From an uncultured archaeon (GTDB taxonomy: Archaea; Asgardarchaeota; Lokiarchaeia; Sigyniarchaeales; SOKP01), in contig CAZDTP010000002.1 in the NCBI GenBank assembly GCA_964508365.1, forward strand, positions 92,434-156,433: DNA of 64,000 bases, read 5' to 3'. Position numbers and translations under genes: made by a program. This document shows positions 7,643-17,620 of the stretch, piece after piece. The notes beneath the pieces are model-generated. The model saw only the letters and a program-made list of their open reading frames with translations. It was not told where the DNA came from and searched no databases. The number at the start of each line of letters is the position of its first letter. Position 1 is the stretch's first letter.

Positions 7643-10172
7643 TCTCCTCCTTTAATAAATAATAGAATTTATTAGAGATTTCAGCAAATTTCTGTCCTTC
7701 TACTCCATTTAAGCTTATCACTATTATCCGTCTGCTTAACTTTGGTCCTAGAATCTTTTTTAAAAGCCCGACTCTTTTTCTTAATTTTTCAATCCCATCG
7801 ATATATCTACAAGAATCCTTTCTACAACCGATAATCATAACTCCATCAAATCCCATTTCAAAAGATTTAAAAATGAATTCAGTATCAATACGTCCAGTAC
7901 AAGGAACAGAGATTATAAAAACATTAGGCGGATATAACAATTTTTTTAATCCCGCATCGTCAGCGGCAGCGTAACCGCACGATTGGCAACAAAAAGCGAT
8001 GATTTTTGGTTTTTTATTGAATTTTGAGAAAATTTCAATCGTTTTTAAAATCTTTTCTGATGTATTTATATTCATTTCGATGGCATTAGTAGGACAAACA
8101 CTCGCACACATACCACAAGCTTTACATTTAAACTTATCAATAGTAATTTTTTCGGAGATTATGCTTATTGCATTGTAAGGGCAGGAATTGACGCAGAGGT
8201 TACACAATCCACATTTATCTTCATTAATCTCTATTCCAGTATATTCTGCTATTAAATAATCATTTGAAAGAAGGGATATTACTTTTAATGCTATGTTATT
8301 GGTGGATGCAATAGTTGAGTGATAATTTAATGGCCCAAATATTGTGCCAACACCATAAATACCAGAAGCTAAAGTTTCTTCACTCATAAAACCATAATCA
8401 TTTAAAGTGAAGTCCATAATCTTTCTTAGAGATTTCAGATCCTTATTTGGAATTAATTTTATATTTAAAACAATCAAATCACTCTGAAACTCAATAGAAT
8501 CCGCAATTACATAATTAATATTTTCTCTTGTCTCAATTAATACTTTATTAGCGTAAAGAAATCTAGGATGAGTAGATTTTAGTATTATCTCGTCTTTTTC
8601 TTTTAATTTACTTAAATCGTAAAAAACATTAACTTCACAATCAGGGTTCTTCACTTTAATAATATCTATATACTTTAGGGTTAAAATATCCGAATATTCA
8701 CATAGATAGTTTGAAGGTCCTACTTCTTGAATAATTGATATTGTTTTCGCTATTTTCCCATCAGACAATTTTACAATCTTTCCATCAGTTAAGCCATCTG
8801 AACATAAAATTCGTTCAAATTCTGCCGAAGTTATAACATTATTTCGTGGGTTGTAATTATATTTTTTTAAATTTGAATAAAGATCTGAACCAATAGCTAT
8901 AACTTTTGCACCTACTTTAATTCTTAATTCCTTAGGCTTTTCCATTAAATTTATTGCATTATTTGCACAAGCGCGTTCACATACTCTACATTCAAGGCAG
9001 TTATTAATATCATTATCTTCAATAACGGGGACATAAGGATAACAGTATTGAAAAGGAAAGTGAATTATTTTTCTATTTGTTAATCCAAATTCATACATAT
9101 TAACTTTCTCTCGAGCACACACATCAATACATTGGTTACAACCTGTACATTTAGTCTCATCAATATAGCGAGGTTTTTTAATTAATCCTATAGTAAAATT
9201 GCCAACTTCTCCAGATACACTTATTATTTCTGTATTTGTCAATATTTCGATTTTTTTATCTTTTACAATTTCCCCAATTAATTCAGAGATGAAACAAGCA
9301 GAACAATCTCCCATATTAGAAATTTTTTGCCATCTTGCTACTTTTCCTCCTAATGTAGGTGACTTTTCAATTAGATAACCGTTGATACCTGCCTTTGATA
9401 AGTTTAAAGCTAGGTTCATACCCGCAATCCCACCTCCAACAATAGCGCAGCTTTTTTCAACTTCAACTCTTTTTACTTTAATTGGTTTTTGAAGATTTAC
9501 TCGATTAACTGAGGCTTCTATAAGTAATTGCGCTTTTTTCAGAGTTAAACGACTATCAATATGCTTTTTACTGGAATAATGTACCCAACAGCATTGTTCT
9601 CTTATATTTGCAATCTCAATATTTGTATTATCAATTATATTTTGAAAAAGATGTTCAAATATATGTTGATGTGTTTTAGGAGAACAAGCAGCGATAATAA
9701 TTTTATTTATGAAGTTATCAGTAATCCAATTATTAATATTATCTTGATTTTTTTCTTGGCATAAATTATCAAGGATTTTAACTGAGACTACATTGTTTAT
9801 TTTACTTACATAATTTTCTAAGGAGTTAATGTTAAGCACATTTGTAATTTCTGTATTACAATTACATATAATAACACCTATTCTGTTTATTTCGCTCCCT
9901 TTTGATTTTAAATATTCTATTTCCTCTCCAGATAAAATTCTTTTGTTTAATCCTAATACCCTTAAAACTCTTTTACCGTCATCAGTTAAATAATACGATT
10001 TTTTGTCTTTACTTACTAAAATATTAAGCTTTTTCAAATGAAAATTTAATTGTCCTGTTTGTTTTATACCTAACTTCACCATTAATTCGGTATATGGGAT
10101 AAATCCCTCTTCTTCGAGAAGGTATAAGAGTTTTCTTCTCATTGGATGGGCTAAAATTGAATATATATCCAT
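7626..10172 (-). CDS. Fusion protein: ArsR-like winged HTH + HdrA-like flavoprotein + ferredoxin + MvhD-like domain
   Basis: N-terminal ILAHPMRRKLL...LNFHLKKL HTH; GVIICNC, ACSPKTH, NIREQCCWVH, IVGGGIAG (HdrA); CxxCxxCxxxC ferredoxin motifs; C-terminal FCCQSCGY...PCTGRID...GCRKDSCRY (MvhD). Confidence 0.85.
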   Translation of the reverse strand: MDIYSILAHPMRRKLLYLLEEEGFIPYTELMVKLGIKQTGQLNFHLKKLNILVSKDKKSYYLTDDGKRVLRVLGLNKRILSGEEIEYLKSKGSEINRIGVIICNCNTEITNVLNINSLENYVSKINNVVSVKILDNLCQEKNQDNINNWITDNFINKIIIAACSPKTHQHIFEHLFQNIIDNTNIEIANIREQCCWVHYSSKKHIDSRLTLKKAQLLIEASVNRVNLQKPIKVKRVEVEKSCAIVGGGIAGMNLALNLSKAGINGYLIEKSPTLGGKVARWQKISNMGDCSACFISELIGEIVKDKKIEILTNTEIISVSGEVGNFTIGLIKKPRYIDETKCTGCNQCIDVCAREKVNMYEFGLTNRKIIHFPFQYCYPYVPVIEDNDINNCLECRVCERACANNAINLMEKPKELRIKVGAKVIAIGSDLYSNLKKYNYNPRNNVITSAEFERILCSDGLTDGKIVKLSDGKIAKTISIIQEVGPSNYLCEYSDILTLKYIDIIKVKNPDCEVNVFYDLSKLKEKDEIILKSTHPRFLYANKVLIETRENINYVIADSIEFQSDLIVLNIKLIPNKDLKSLRKIMDFTLNDYGFMSEETLASGIYGVGTIFGPLNYHSTIASTNNIALKVISLLSNDYLIAEYTGIEINEDKCGLCNLCVNSCPYNAISIISEKITIDKFKCKACGMCASVCPTNAIEMNINTSEKILKTIEIFSKFNKKPKIIAFCCQSCGYAAADDAGLKKLLYPPNVFIISVPCTGRIDTEFIFKSFEMGFDGVMIIGCRKDSCRYIDGIEKLRKRVGLLKKILGPKLSRRIIVISLNGVEGQKFAEISNKFYYLLKEEIKSKA

Positions 10173-10494
10173 TTTTGAGCTTTCCTATTGAGTTTTTATT
10201 CTAAATTTATTTTGTTAAAAACTTTTTTTTGACAAATTATTTTTTCTTCATGATAATATATGTTGTAAAAGTATATAAGTATGTTAGAAAATGATCATAT
10301 GATCCCTGAATTCCATCAATAAAAATGACGATTTTCAATTAACTAAAAAAATTGTTATGAAAAAAATTTTGATAAATTTCCTTATCAAGAAGTTAAAAAA
10401 TATTCTTGTCAAATTCTTTATATTTCAAGCTTATTACAATTCAATTAGGTAAATACTTATTTAAAAAGTTGAAATAAAAGAGGTGGATTAATAT

Positions 10495-11112
10495 ATGGAA
10501 GTTTTGGATTTGAAGTCAGTAAAAAATAAAAAAATAATAGCATATATGTCCTCAAAAGAAAATGGCAGGTATTTTCAAAATAAAAATACATTAGGATTAA
10601 CCGAATTTCTTAAAAAGAAAGATGTTAATTTTGTTACCGTAGATTTTCAAGTAAATATGAAGGAATTTAAGAAAACACCTTTTGCACAAACATTAGATAA
10701 CCTTGGAATACCATATATTCAAGTAGATATACCAGATTATGCAATGGGATATCTTTACGAAGAAGTTGTTGAAAAACAAAAACTTCAAAATGAATTATTT
10801 GAAGAATATGAAAATATGAGTGATAAAGAATCTTTCAAAGGACAAAGTTTAAAAAACTGGATTGACATGTTAAGCGAAGAAATTCAAGAAAAAGAGATTT
10901 TTTTAAGTTTAAAGCTAAGACCACAGTGGATCGTAAAAAAAATGTTAGATTTTGCATATCATTTTGAAAATGAAGTTGTTTCTTTTGTACATTTTGTTCA
11001 AGAGGATATTTGCGAGGATATTTGCCCTCAAGTCGTGGCAAATTTAAGAGATTTGGGTGTAAAGGTAATTTCCTATACTAAAAAACATACAATTCAAAAT
11101 ATTATATTTTAA
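10495..11112 (+). CDS. Hypothetical protein, distant paralog of the next gene
   Basis: 205-aa ORF with GAGGTG RBS; shares MEVLDLK and GIPYIQVDIPDYAMGYL-type segments with 11136..11867. Confidence 0.7.
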   Translation: MEVLDLKSVKNKKIIAYMSSKENGRYFQNKNTLGLTEFLKKKDVNFVTVDFQVNMKEFKKTPFAQTLDNLGIPYIQVDIPDYAMGYLYEEVVEKQKLQNELFEEYENMSDKESFKGQSLKNWIDMLSEEIQEKEIFLSLKLRPQWIVKKMLDFAYHFENEVVSFVHFVQEDICEDICPQVVANLRDLGVKVISYTKKHTIQNIIF

Positions 11113-11135
11113 TTAAAAAAAAGGAGTGAGAAAAA

Positions 11136-11867
11136 ATGCCAGAAGTATTAGAATTAAAGCCATTAAAAGATAAGTATCTAAAGCTTATCATGGTAGAAAG
11201 TGAGTTTCCAATAGATTGGTGGTTCGAAGTTCCTAAAGAAAAAAAGGAAGATTTGCTATGGTCTTTACATCTTATTAGCAAAGAATATCTTCAGCTCGTC
11301 GATAATTTAATCGACAAGTATTCACCAGATTTTGCTTTGGAAGAAAAACCCAATTTTTGGAATGACCCGTTAAATCCTAACGATCCTCTAAAAACCTTAT
11401 TCCAAAAGAAAGGAATTCGATTTAAACATGCTGATATCTCTGAAAATGCGGAATTTTATCTTTCCGCCGCATTAGATGAGCATAGAAATATGCTGCAAAT
11501 ACTTGAAGAGCGAATCAGAGAGATAATTACAGAAAAAGGTGTTGTTCCCTCCGAGGATGAACTTTTCCAACAATTAGTTTTATGGAAGGAATATCTCAAA
11601 AATGATTATAACTCACAAGAAGATGAAATTCGATATAAAGTTAGAGAGGCTTGGATGATGATGAATATTTTAAACATTGCCAAGGAGATTGAAGGGAAAA
11701 AATCAAAGGGGTTATTTATTTGCGATTTAAGGCACTTTGAAGGCCTTGATAAGTTAGCAAACGATTTAGGCATCGATACAGAACAGATCAAAATCAAAAG
11801 AACTATTAAAACCGCAGAAATCGAAAAAGAGTATGAAGAAGAGGTAGTTGTTGAAATATCTAAATAG
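11136..11867 (+). CDS. Hypothetical protein, possible TraB/Tiki/EreA-ChaN superfamily fold
   Basis: 243-aa ORF with GGAGTG RBS; PDFALEE, VREAWMM and GLFICDLRHFEGL resemble the superfamily motifs (inference). Confidence 0.55.
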   Translation: MPEVLELKPLKDKYLKLIMVESEFPIDWWFEVPKEKKEDLLWSLHLISKEYLQLVDNLIDKYSPDFALEEKPNFWNDPLNPNDPLKTLFQKKGIRFKHADISENAEFYLSAALDEHRNMLQILEERIREIITEKGVVPSEDELFQQLVLWKEYLKNDYNSQEDEIRYKVREAWMMMNILNIAKEIEGKKSKGLFICDLRHFEGLDKLANDLGIDTEQIKIKRTIKTAEIEKEYEEEVVVEISK

Positions 11868-11918
11868 TTTTTTTAGTTATAATTTCATAGAATTTTATAA
11901 TTTAATTAATGATGTGAG

Positions 11919-12932
11919 ATGAGAAAAATTACTCAAAATAATGAAATTGGAAATAAAATTGAAAGTATTCTTGGTATTAAATCAATAATAGAATTGACGC
12001 CAATTAAAATAAAGAAAAAGGATACTTCAGATAAGATTTGTTATTTTTTTGATACGGATGATAACGCTTCTCCATTTGACATTAACATGGCTTACGACGC
12101 TGGTTTTGATATTGTTGTGCCAATAAGTAGAATGACGGCGGATCAAGTTCCTAAACTTGTCCAGGATGCTATATTTTCACGTAAACCTAAAGCACCTACA
12201 ACCTTTTTTATTGGGGGATCTAATGTAGAAGAAGGGGAAAAAATCTCTAAGAAAGTTATTGAATCCTTAGTACCTCCATTTGAATGTCCTGTAATAATAG
12301 ATCCAAGGGGTTCTCATACTACTGCTTCTGCAGTTGTAGCTAAGACTTTATACGATGCTAGAAATATATATAAAATTAGTGATTTAAAAGGAGAAAAAGT
12401 CGTAATCTATGGGGCAGGCCCAGTTGCCAGAATTGCTGCCATATTAGCCGCAAAAGAAGGTTTGAATACATTTTTAGTTGAAACTTGGGATAAATCGAAC
12501 GATGTGTTTATAAAAAATCTTGCTAAAGAACTAACCGAAGAAGCTGGTGAGAATGCAACCGAGGTTAAAGGGATTTTTGCGCCTGAGAAAGAACAAAGAT
12601 ATAATGTTGCTAAAGATGCGTTAATTATTTGGTCTCTAGCTGCTGCTGGTGTTGAAATTTTATCAAGCGATCTAATGGAAAGGTTAGAAGGTAAGAAAAT
12701 TGTAGTAGATATCAATTTAGTTCCCCCTTATGGAATTGAAGGAATAAGACCAAAACACGATAATGAAGAAATATATCCAGGAATTTTTGGAATCGGAGCA
12801 TTAGCATTAGGTCGTTTAAAAGCAAATTCGGAGGGAGAAATATTAAAGGAAGCAACAAAAACTAAAGGTACAAAGGTATTTGATTATAACTATGCGTTCG
12901 AAGTTGCTAAAAAATTGTTATCTAGAATGTAA
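11919..12932 (+). CDS. NAD(P)-dependent methylene-H4MPT dehydrogenase (MtdA/MtdB family)
   Basis: SPFDINMAYDAGFD, VQDAIFSR, DPRGSHTTASAVVA, GAGPVARIAAILAA, DINLVPPYGIEG, GIGALALGRLK. Confidence 0.85.
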   Translation: MRKITQNNEIGNKIESILGIKSIIELTPIKIKKKDTSDKICYFFDTDDNASPFDINMAYDAGFDIVVPISRMTADQVPKLVQDAIFSRKPKAPTTFFIGGSNVEEGEKISKKVIESLVPPFECPVIIDPRGSHTTASAVVAKTLYDARNIYKISDLKGEKVVIYGAGPVARIAAILAAKEGLNTFLVETWDKSNDVFIKNLAKELTEEAGENATEVKGIFAPEKEQRYNVAKDALIIWSLAAAGVEILSSDLMERLEGKKIVVDINLVPPYGIEGIRPKHDNEEIYPGIFGIGALALGRLKANSEGEILKEATKTKGTKVFDYNYAFEVAKKLLSRM

Positions 12933-12990
12933 ATTTTAAATTTTTTAAATTTTTTTTATTGATTTATTGGTTAGTTTGGAGGGGAATAAA

Positions 12991-15264
12991 ATGGTTGAGA
13001 ATATTGATGGGATTGTAAGGAAGGTAAGGATTAAAGATGCATTCAAAGAAGACGCAGGGAGAGGTATTGTAAGAATAGACCCAGAGATGGTTTCAAATTT
13101 AAATCTTAAGGTTGGTGATGTAATTAAAATCATCTATCCTGTGGTAAATAAAAAAACTGTTGCATCTTTGTCAACAGGAAAAAATGAAGATAAAGGAAAA
13201 AAGATTATTCGTATGGATCCCTCCCTAAGACGAAATTTAGGAGCCTCAATTGATGATCTTGTTGAAATTAAAAAAATCAGTGTAGATATTGCCAATACAA
13301 TAACCTTTACGGGGTTAGATAATTCATTAATCCCGCGAGACCCTCAAGCCTTAGCTAGAAAATTAGAAAATAGGGCAATAACAAAAGGAGATAGCTTAAG
13401 CTTCTACGCTATGGCACGCAGAATTGACCTTGTAGTCGTTGATTACACTCCTAATTCTGAAGCGGTTAAAATTCAACTTGATACAAAAATATTATTTAGT
13501 GAAAAATCAACTCAAGAAATTAACGAAATAAAAAAAAAAGAAATAGCATATGAAGGAATTAGTGATTTAGAACAGAGATTACAAGAAATTCAGGGAAAAA
13601 TAACATACGAGGATATAGGGGGTTTAGAAGATGCTATTCAAAAGATTAGAGAAATGATTGAACTACCTATTAGACATCCTGAACTTTTTAAAAGAATTGG
13701 AATTGATCCTCCAAAAGGAGTTCTACTTCATGGGGCTCCAGGTACAGGTAAAACATTATTAGCAAAAGCAGTAGCTTATGAGACTGATGCCTATTTTATA
13801 AATATCAGTGGACCTGAAATAATGAGCAAATTTTTTGGTCAAAGTGAAGAAAATCTTAGAAAAAGATTTGAAGAAGCAAAAAGTAAGGCCCCCTCTATTA
13901 TTTTTTTTGATGAATTAGATTCAATTGCTCACAAAAGGGATGAAAATAAAGCTCAAGTAGAATCAAGAGTTGTGGCTCAACTTTTATCTCTTATGGATGG
14001 TTTAGAAGGGAGAGGTGAAGTCATAGTCATTGGTGCAACGAATAAAATAAATAATATTGATTTAGCACTAAGAAGACCAGGGCGGTTTGACAGAGAAATT
14101 GAAATAAAAGTACCTGATACTAAAGGTCGTTATGAAGTTTTATTGATCCATACTCGAGGAATGCCTCTAAATGAGGATATTGATCTAAATCTTATCGCTG
14201 AAAAAACACATGGTTTTGTTGGTGCGGATATAAAAGCCTTATGCAAAGAGGCAGCTATGCTTGCGATAAGGGAGATAATACCTAATATTAACTTAGATAA
14301 ACCTATACCGGAAGAAATTTTAAACAAATTAATAATCAAAATGAAGCATTTTATTACAGCATTAAATAGTATTGAACCCTCTGCATTAAGAGAAGTATTT
14401 GTTACGCAACCAACTGAGACCTGGGAAGATATTGGCGGATTAGAAGACGCAAAGCAGCAATTAAGAGAAATTGTTGAATGGCCATTTAAGTACTCGGGAT
14501 TCTATAAGCATATGAAATCAAGACCCCCTAATGGAATTTTAGTTTTTGGTCTTCCTGGGACGGGTAAGACATTAATGGCTAAAGCAGTTGCCCATGAAAC
14601 CGAAATAAATTTTATTTCAGTAAAGGGTCCTGAATTTCTATCAAAATGGGTTGGCGAAAGTGCTAAAGCTGTAAGAGAAATATTTCGAAAAGCAAGAACG
14701 GCTGCTCCTTGTATTATATTTTTTGACGAAATTGATGCCATCGCAGCAAGAAGATCTACATCTTCAAGTTCAAGGGTTATTGAACAAGTTGTAGCGCAAT
14801 TTTTAACAGAAATGGATGGTTTAGAAGAATTAAACGATGTTATTTTAATTGCTGCTACAAATAGACCCGATATTCTCGATCCTGCCATTCTGCGTTCAGG
14901 AAGATTTGGAAGGCATATAGAAGTTCCATTGCCAAATAAACCTTCTCGAATTAAGATATTTAAAATACACCTCGCTAATCGTCCGATAGATAATAATATT
15001 GATATTGAAAAACTAGCAGAACAGTTAGAAGGAAATACAGGAGCGGATATAGAAGCAATCTGCGAAGAAGCCACACTTTTGGCCATTCGCAGAGGTGTTT
15101 TTGACGATAATATCGATACCCAAAATCCGGATTCATATAAAAAGGTTAAAATTTCTCAACTTGATTTTGAAAAAGCAATAGAAAAAGTACAATTAGGCGT
15201 TAATAAAGCTAAATGGGCTTATAAAGAAAGTATTAAAGAAACAGTCGAAGATATTTACAGATAA
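12991..15264 (+). CDS. cdc48: CDC48/VCP family AAA+ ATPase
   Basis: N-domain [10 protein letters not shown], two Walker A motifs ([16 protein letters not shown]), Walker B (IIFFDE x2), [10 protein letters not shown]-terminal IYR. Start taken at ATG 12991 after GGAGGGG. Confidence 0.95.
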   Translation: MVENIDGIVRKVRIKDAFKEDAGRGIVRIDPEMVSNLNLKVGDVIKIIYPVVNKKTVASLSTGKNEDKGKKIIRMDPSLRRNLGASIDDLVEIKKISVDIANTITFTGLDNSLIPRDPQALARKLENRAITKGDSLSFYAMARRIDLVVVDYTPNSEAVKIQLDTKILFSEKSTQEINEIKKKEIAYEGISDLEQRLQEIQGKITYEDIGGLEDAIQKIREMIELPIRHPELFKRIGIDPPKGVLLHGAPGTGKTLLAKAVAYETDAYFINISGPEIMSKFFGQSEENLRKRFEEAKSKAPSIIFFDELDSIAHKRDENKAQVESRVVAQLLSLMDGLEGRGEVIVIGATNKINNIDLALRRPGRFDREIEIKVPDTKGRYEVLLIHTRGMPLNEDIDLNLIAEKTHGFVGADIKALCKEAAMLAIREIIPNINLDKPIPEEILNKLIIKMKHFITALNSIEPSALREVFVTQPTETWEDIGGLEDAKQQLREIVEWPFKYSGFYKHMKSRPPNGILVFGLPGTGKTLMAKAVAHETEINFISVKGPEFLSKWVGESAKAVREIFRKARTAAPCIIFFDEIDAIAARRSTSSSSRVIEQVVAQFLTEMDGLEELNDVILIAATNRPDILDPAILRSGRFGRHIEVPLPNKPSRIKIFKIHLANRPIDNNIDIEKLAEQLEGNTGADIEAICEEATLLAIRRGVFDDNIDTQNPDSYKKVKISQLDFEKAIEKVQLGVNKAKWAYKESIKETVEDIYR

Positions 15265-15289
15265 GAAAAAATTTAATAAAATTTAAAAG

Positions 15290-15550
15290 GTGCACATAAT
15301 GGTGATTTGGTCGGTTAATGAAATAATCAGTTTTGGAGAAAAAATCGTTTTATCTGCTAAAAGCGAATTTACATCTGAATTTGCTCGAGGTTGTTTTGAA
15401 ACTGAGATAATTGAAAAAGAAGCACAAATAAATGAATATTTAAATGCATATAATGCAATTCGTGACAAAGACTCATTTAATAGACAATATATCGAAACTT
15501 TAATATATTTATTAAAATCTGAGATAAAGGGAATCCAAAAAATGTTTTAA
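15290..15550 (+). CDS. Small hypothetical protein
   Basis: 86-aa ORF co-oriented with cdc48, AGGTG RBS; no recognised motif. Confidence 0.55.
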   Translation: MHIMVIWSVNEIISFGEKIVLSAKSEFTSEFARGCFETEIIEKEAQINEYLNAYNAIRDKDSFNRQYIETLIYLLKSEIKGIQKMF

Positions 15551-15646
15551 GAGGATTACCTTAATTTTTTTAGTATTATTGTTTATTTTAAAAAATTAAC
15601 TTAAAAAAATAAGAATTTTTTAAAAATTATATTTTAATAATAATAA

Positions 15647-16486
15647 TTAAGCTTCTTTTTCGTGGAGTTTTCTTTTGGTTAAAAGATGTTGGTTAATATG
15701 ATGAGGCGTTCTCAATACTGTATCGTTAGATTTTTCTATTTCTCTAGCTTGTATGCATAACTCAGCAGCAGTTTTCATCATTTCGTGAGATGCAGCTAAT
15801 AAAGGCATATAATCGGCTCTATCTTTTAAAACAAAGCATGCTCTTCCAGTAATCTTAGAAACTGAAGCAGCTAATTCAAAAGCTGCAATCGCTTTAGCTT
15901 GAGCGTAAGGATTTGAAAAGCCTGCTGCCGCTGTAGCGTTAGTGGCATCAATTTCAATCTGAGGTAAAGTAGGAGCCTTCCCTTCTAACATATCCATTAC
16001 AACTTTATTTAATTCGTTAGTTATTATATTAAAAGCACCAGTAATCGTAAGAACTTTTAATAGATCAGAATTGAAGCAACTCATCTCGATAGGATCTAGA
16101 AATGGACGCCTTGCTCCTATCATAGAATCACAACCTACGATAATATAACCCATATTTTTTTCCTTAAATTCTTCGATGGCCTTTTTTGCTGGAGCATCAG
16201 AGATTACAATCGTAGGAATATTTCCTGCTAATTCTCTTGCTGCTTTAGGTCCTTTTAATGCCGCATTTGGGCTGGACATCAAGATCAACTCCGGTTCAAA
16301 TTCCAACAATCGTCGCATCGTTTCTACGCATTCCTCTGGGGGGTTCATCTTCGCTCCCGAAGTAACTTCTCGCACTTTAATTCGAGTAGCTTCAGCCCTT
16401 TCATCCAATAAAAATGCAAGTAATAACGAGGAACCAATTGTCCCGTTCTTTAGAATACCAATCTTTAAAAAATTTTCTTCACTCAT
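15647..16486 (-). CDS. mtd: F420-dependent methylene-H4MPT dehydrogenase
   Basis: KIGILKNGTIG, LLDERAE, SGAKMNP, SPNAALKGP, DSMIGARRPFLDPIEM, NPYAQAKAIAA. Confidence 0.93.
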   Translation of the reverse strand: MSEENFLKIGILKNGTIGSSLLLAFLLDERAEATRIKVREVTSGAKMNPPEECVETMRRLLEFEPELILMSSPNAALKGPKAARELAGNIPTIVISDAPAKKAIEEFKEKNMGYIIVGCDSMIGARRPFLDPIEMSCFNSDLLKVLTITGAFNIITNELNKVVMDMLEGKAPTLPQIEIDATNATAAAGFSNPYAQAKAIAAFELAASVSKITGRACFVLKDRADYMPLLAASHEMMKTAAELCIQAREIEKSNDTVLRTPHHINQHLLTKRKLHEKEA

Positions 16487-16661
16487 TTTTGACACCTTTA
16501 AATTTATTGATTATTAAAAAGATTCTACAATGAATTTCTTAAATTGATAATTGATAAAAATTTTTAGTTTTTATTCTTAAAAATTTTATATATTATTGCG
16601 TTCTATTAAAATTTATAATAAATATAGGATTTAGATTACAAAATAGAGATATTGATAAATA

Positions 16662-17573
16662 ATGGATATAAATGGTGTGGAGATTGAAGATACTTTTTGC
16701 GAAGCTTTTGGAGCGGTTTTTACCAGAATTTTAGTAACAGCTATAAATGAGAAATGGGTAAAAATCGCTGGTCAAATCGCAACAGGTTACGGAACATCAA
16801 CAATCCACTGTGATTCAGAGGCTGGAGTCGATGTATATGTCCCAGCAGACAAAACTCCCGATAATCGTCCAGGAGTTGCCTTGATGTTCTTTAAAACTAA
16901 AAAAGATAAGATGGATCAAGTTTTGCTTAACAGAATAGGGCAATGTATATTAACTTGCCCAACTACAGCTTGTTTTGACGCTTTAAATATCTCTCTCAAC
17001 CCAGAAAAAGATTTTGAAATCAAGACGGGATATAAGCTAAAATTTTTTGGAGATAAATTTGAGGAAAAAATTGAAGGATTCTATCCATTCGAAGCATGGA
17101 AAATCCCTGTTATGGATGGGGAATTTAAAGTACAGAGTGTTTTCAAAGTCGGAAAAGGAATCGCTGGAGGTAATTTCTTGATATATGGTGAAACACAAAA
17201 AGCCACATTAGAAGCTGCTGAGAAAGCAATTGAAACGATTAAAGATTTAGAAAATATTATTGCTCCATTTCCTGGTGGAATAGCGCGTTCAGGTTCTAAA
17301 GTCGGCTCAGTATACAGTTTTTTAAACGCATCAACAAATGATCCCTTATGTCCGACTCTCCGACAGAAAATTGACAACTCCCTATTAGGAGAAAAAGATA
17401 ATTGTGTATATGAAATAATACTTGATGGTGCATCCGAGGAAACCATCAAAGAAGCAATGAAATTAGGTATTCACGCTGCCGTTCAAGTTCCTGGTATTAA
17501 TAAGATTAGTGCAGGCAATTACGGAGGGAAACTAGGAAAGTTTCAATATCGACTTCACGATGTTTTAGCTTAA
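16662..17573 (+). CDS. ftr: Formylmethanofuran:H4MPT formyltransferase
   Basis: INGVEIEDTFCEAF, TPDNRPG, RIGQCILTCPTT, GIAGGNF, PFPGGIARSGSKVGS, SAGNYGGKLG. Confidence 0.96.
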   Translation: MDINGVEIEDTFCEAFGAVFTRILVTAINEKWVKIAGQIATGYGTSTIHCDSEAGVDVYVPADKTPDNRPGVALMFFKTKKDKMDQVLLNRIGQCILTCPTTACFDALNISLNPEKDFEIKTGYKLKFFGDKFEEKIEGFYPFEAWKIPVMDGEFKVQSVFKVGKGIAGGNFLIYGETQKATLEAAEKAIETIKDLENIIAPFPGGIARSGSKVGSVYSFLNASTNDPLCPTLRQKIDNSLLGEKDNCVYEIILDGASEETIKEAMKLGIHAAVQVPGINKISAGNYGGKLGKFQYRLHDVLA

Positions 17574-17620
17574 ACACTAATTAAGAAAGAAATTTAAAGT
17601 TAAAGATAAGAAATTTTTTT

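Noticed and set aside
7626-10172. Selenoprotein HdrA/MvhD with SECIS
   Set aside because: No in-frame TGA in the ORF; the MvhD motif positions are Cys.
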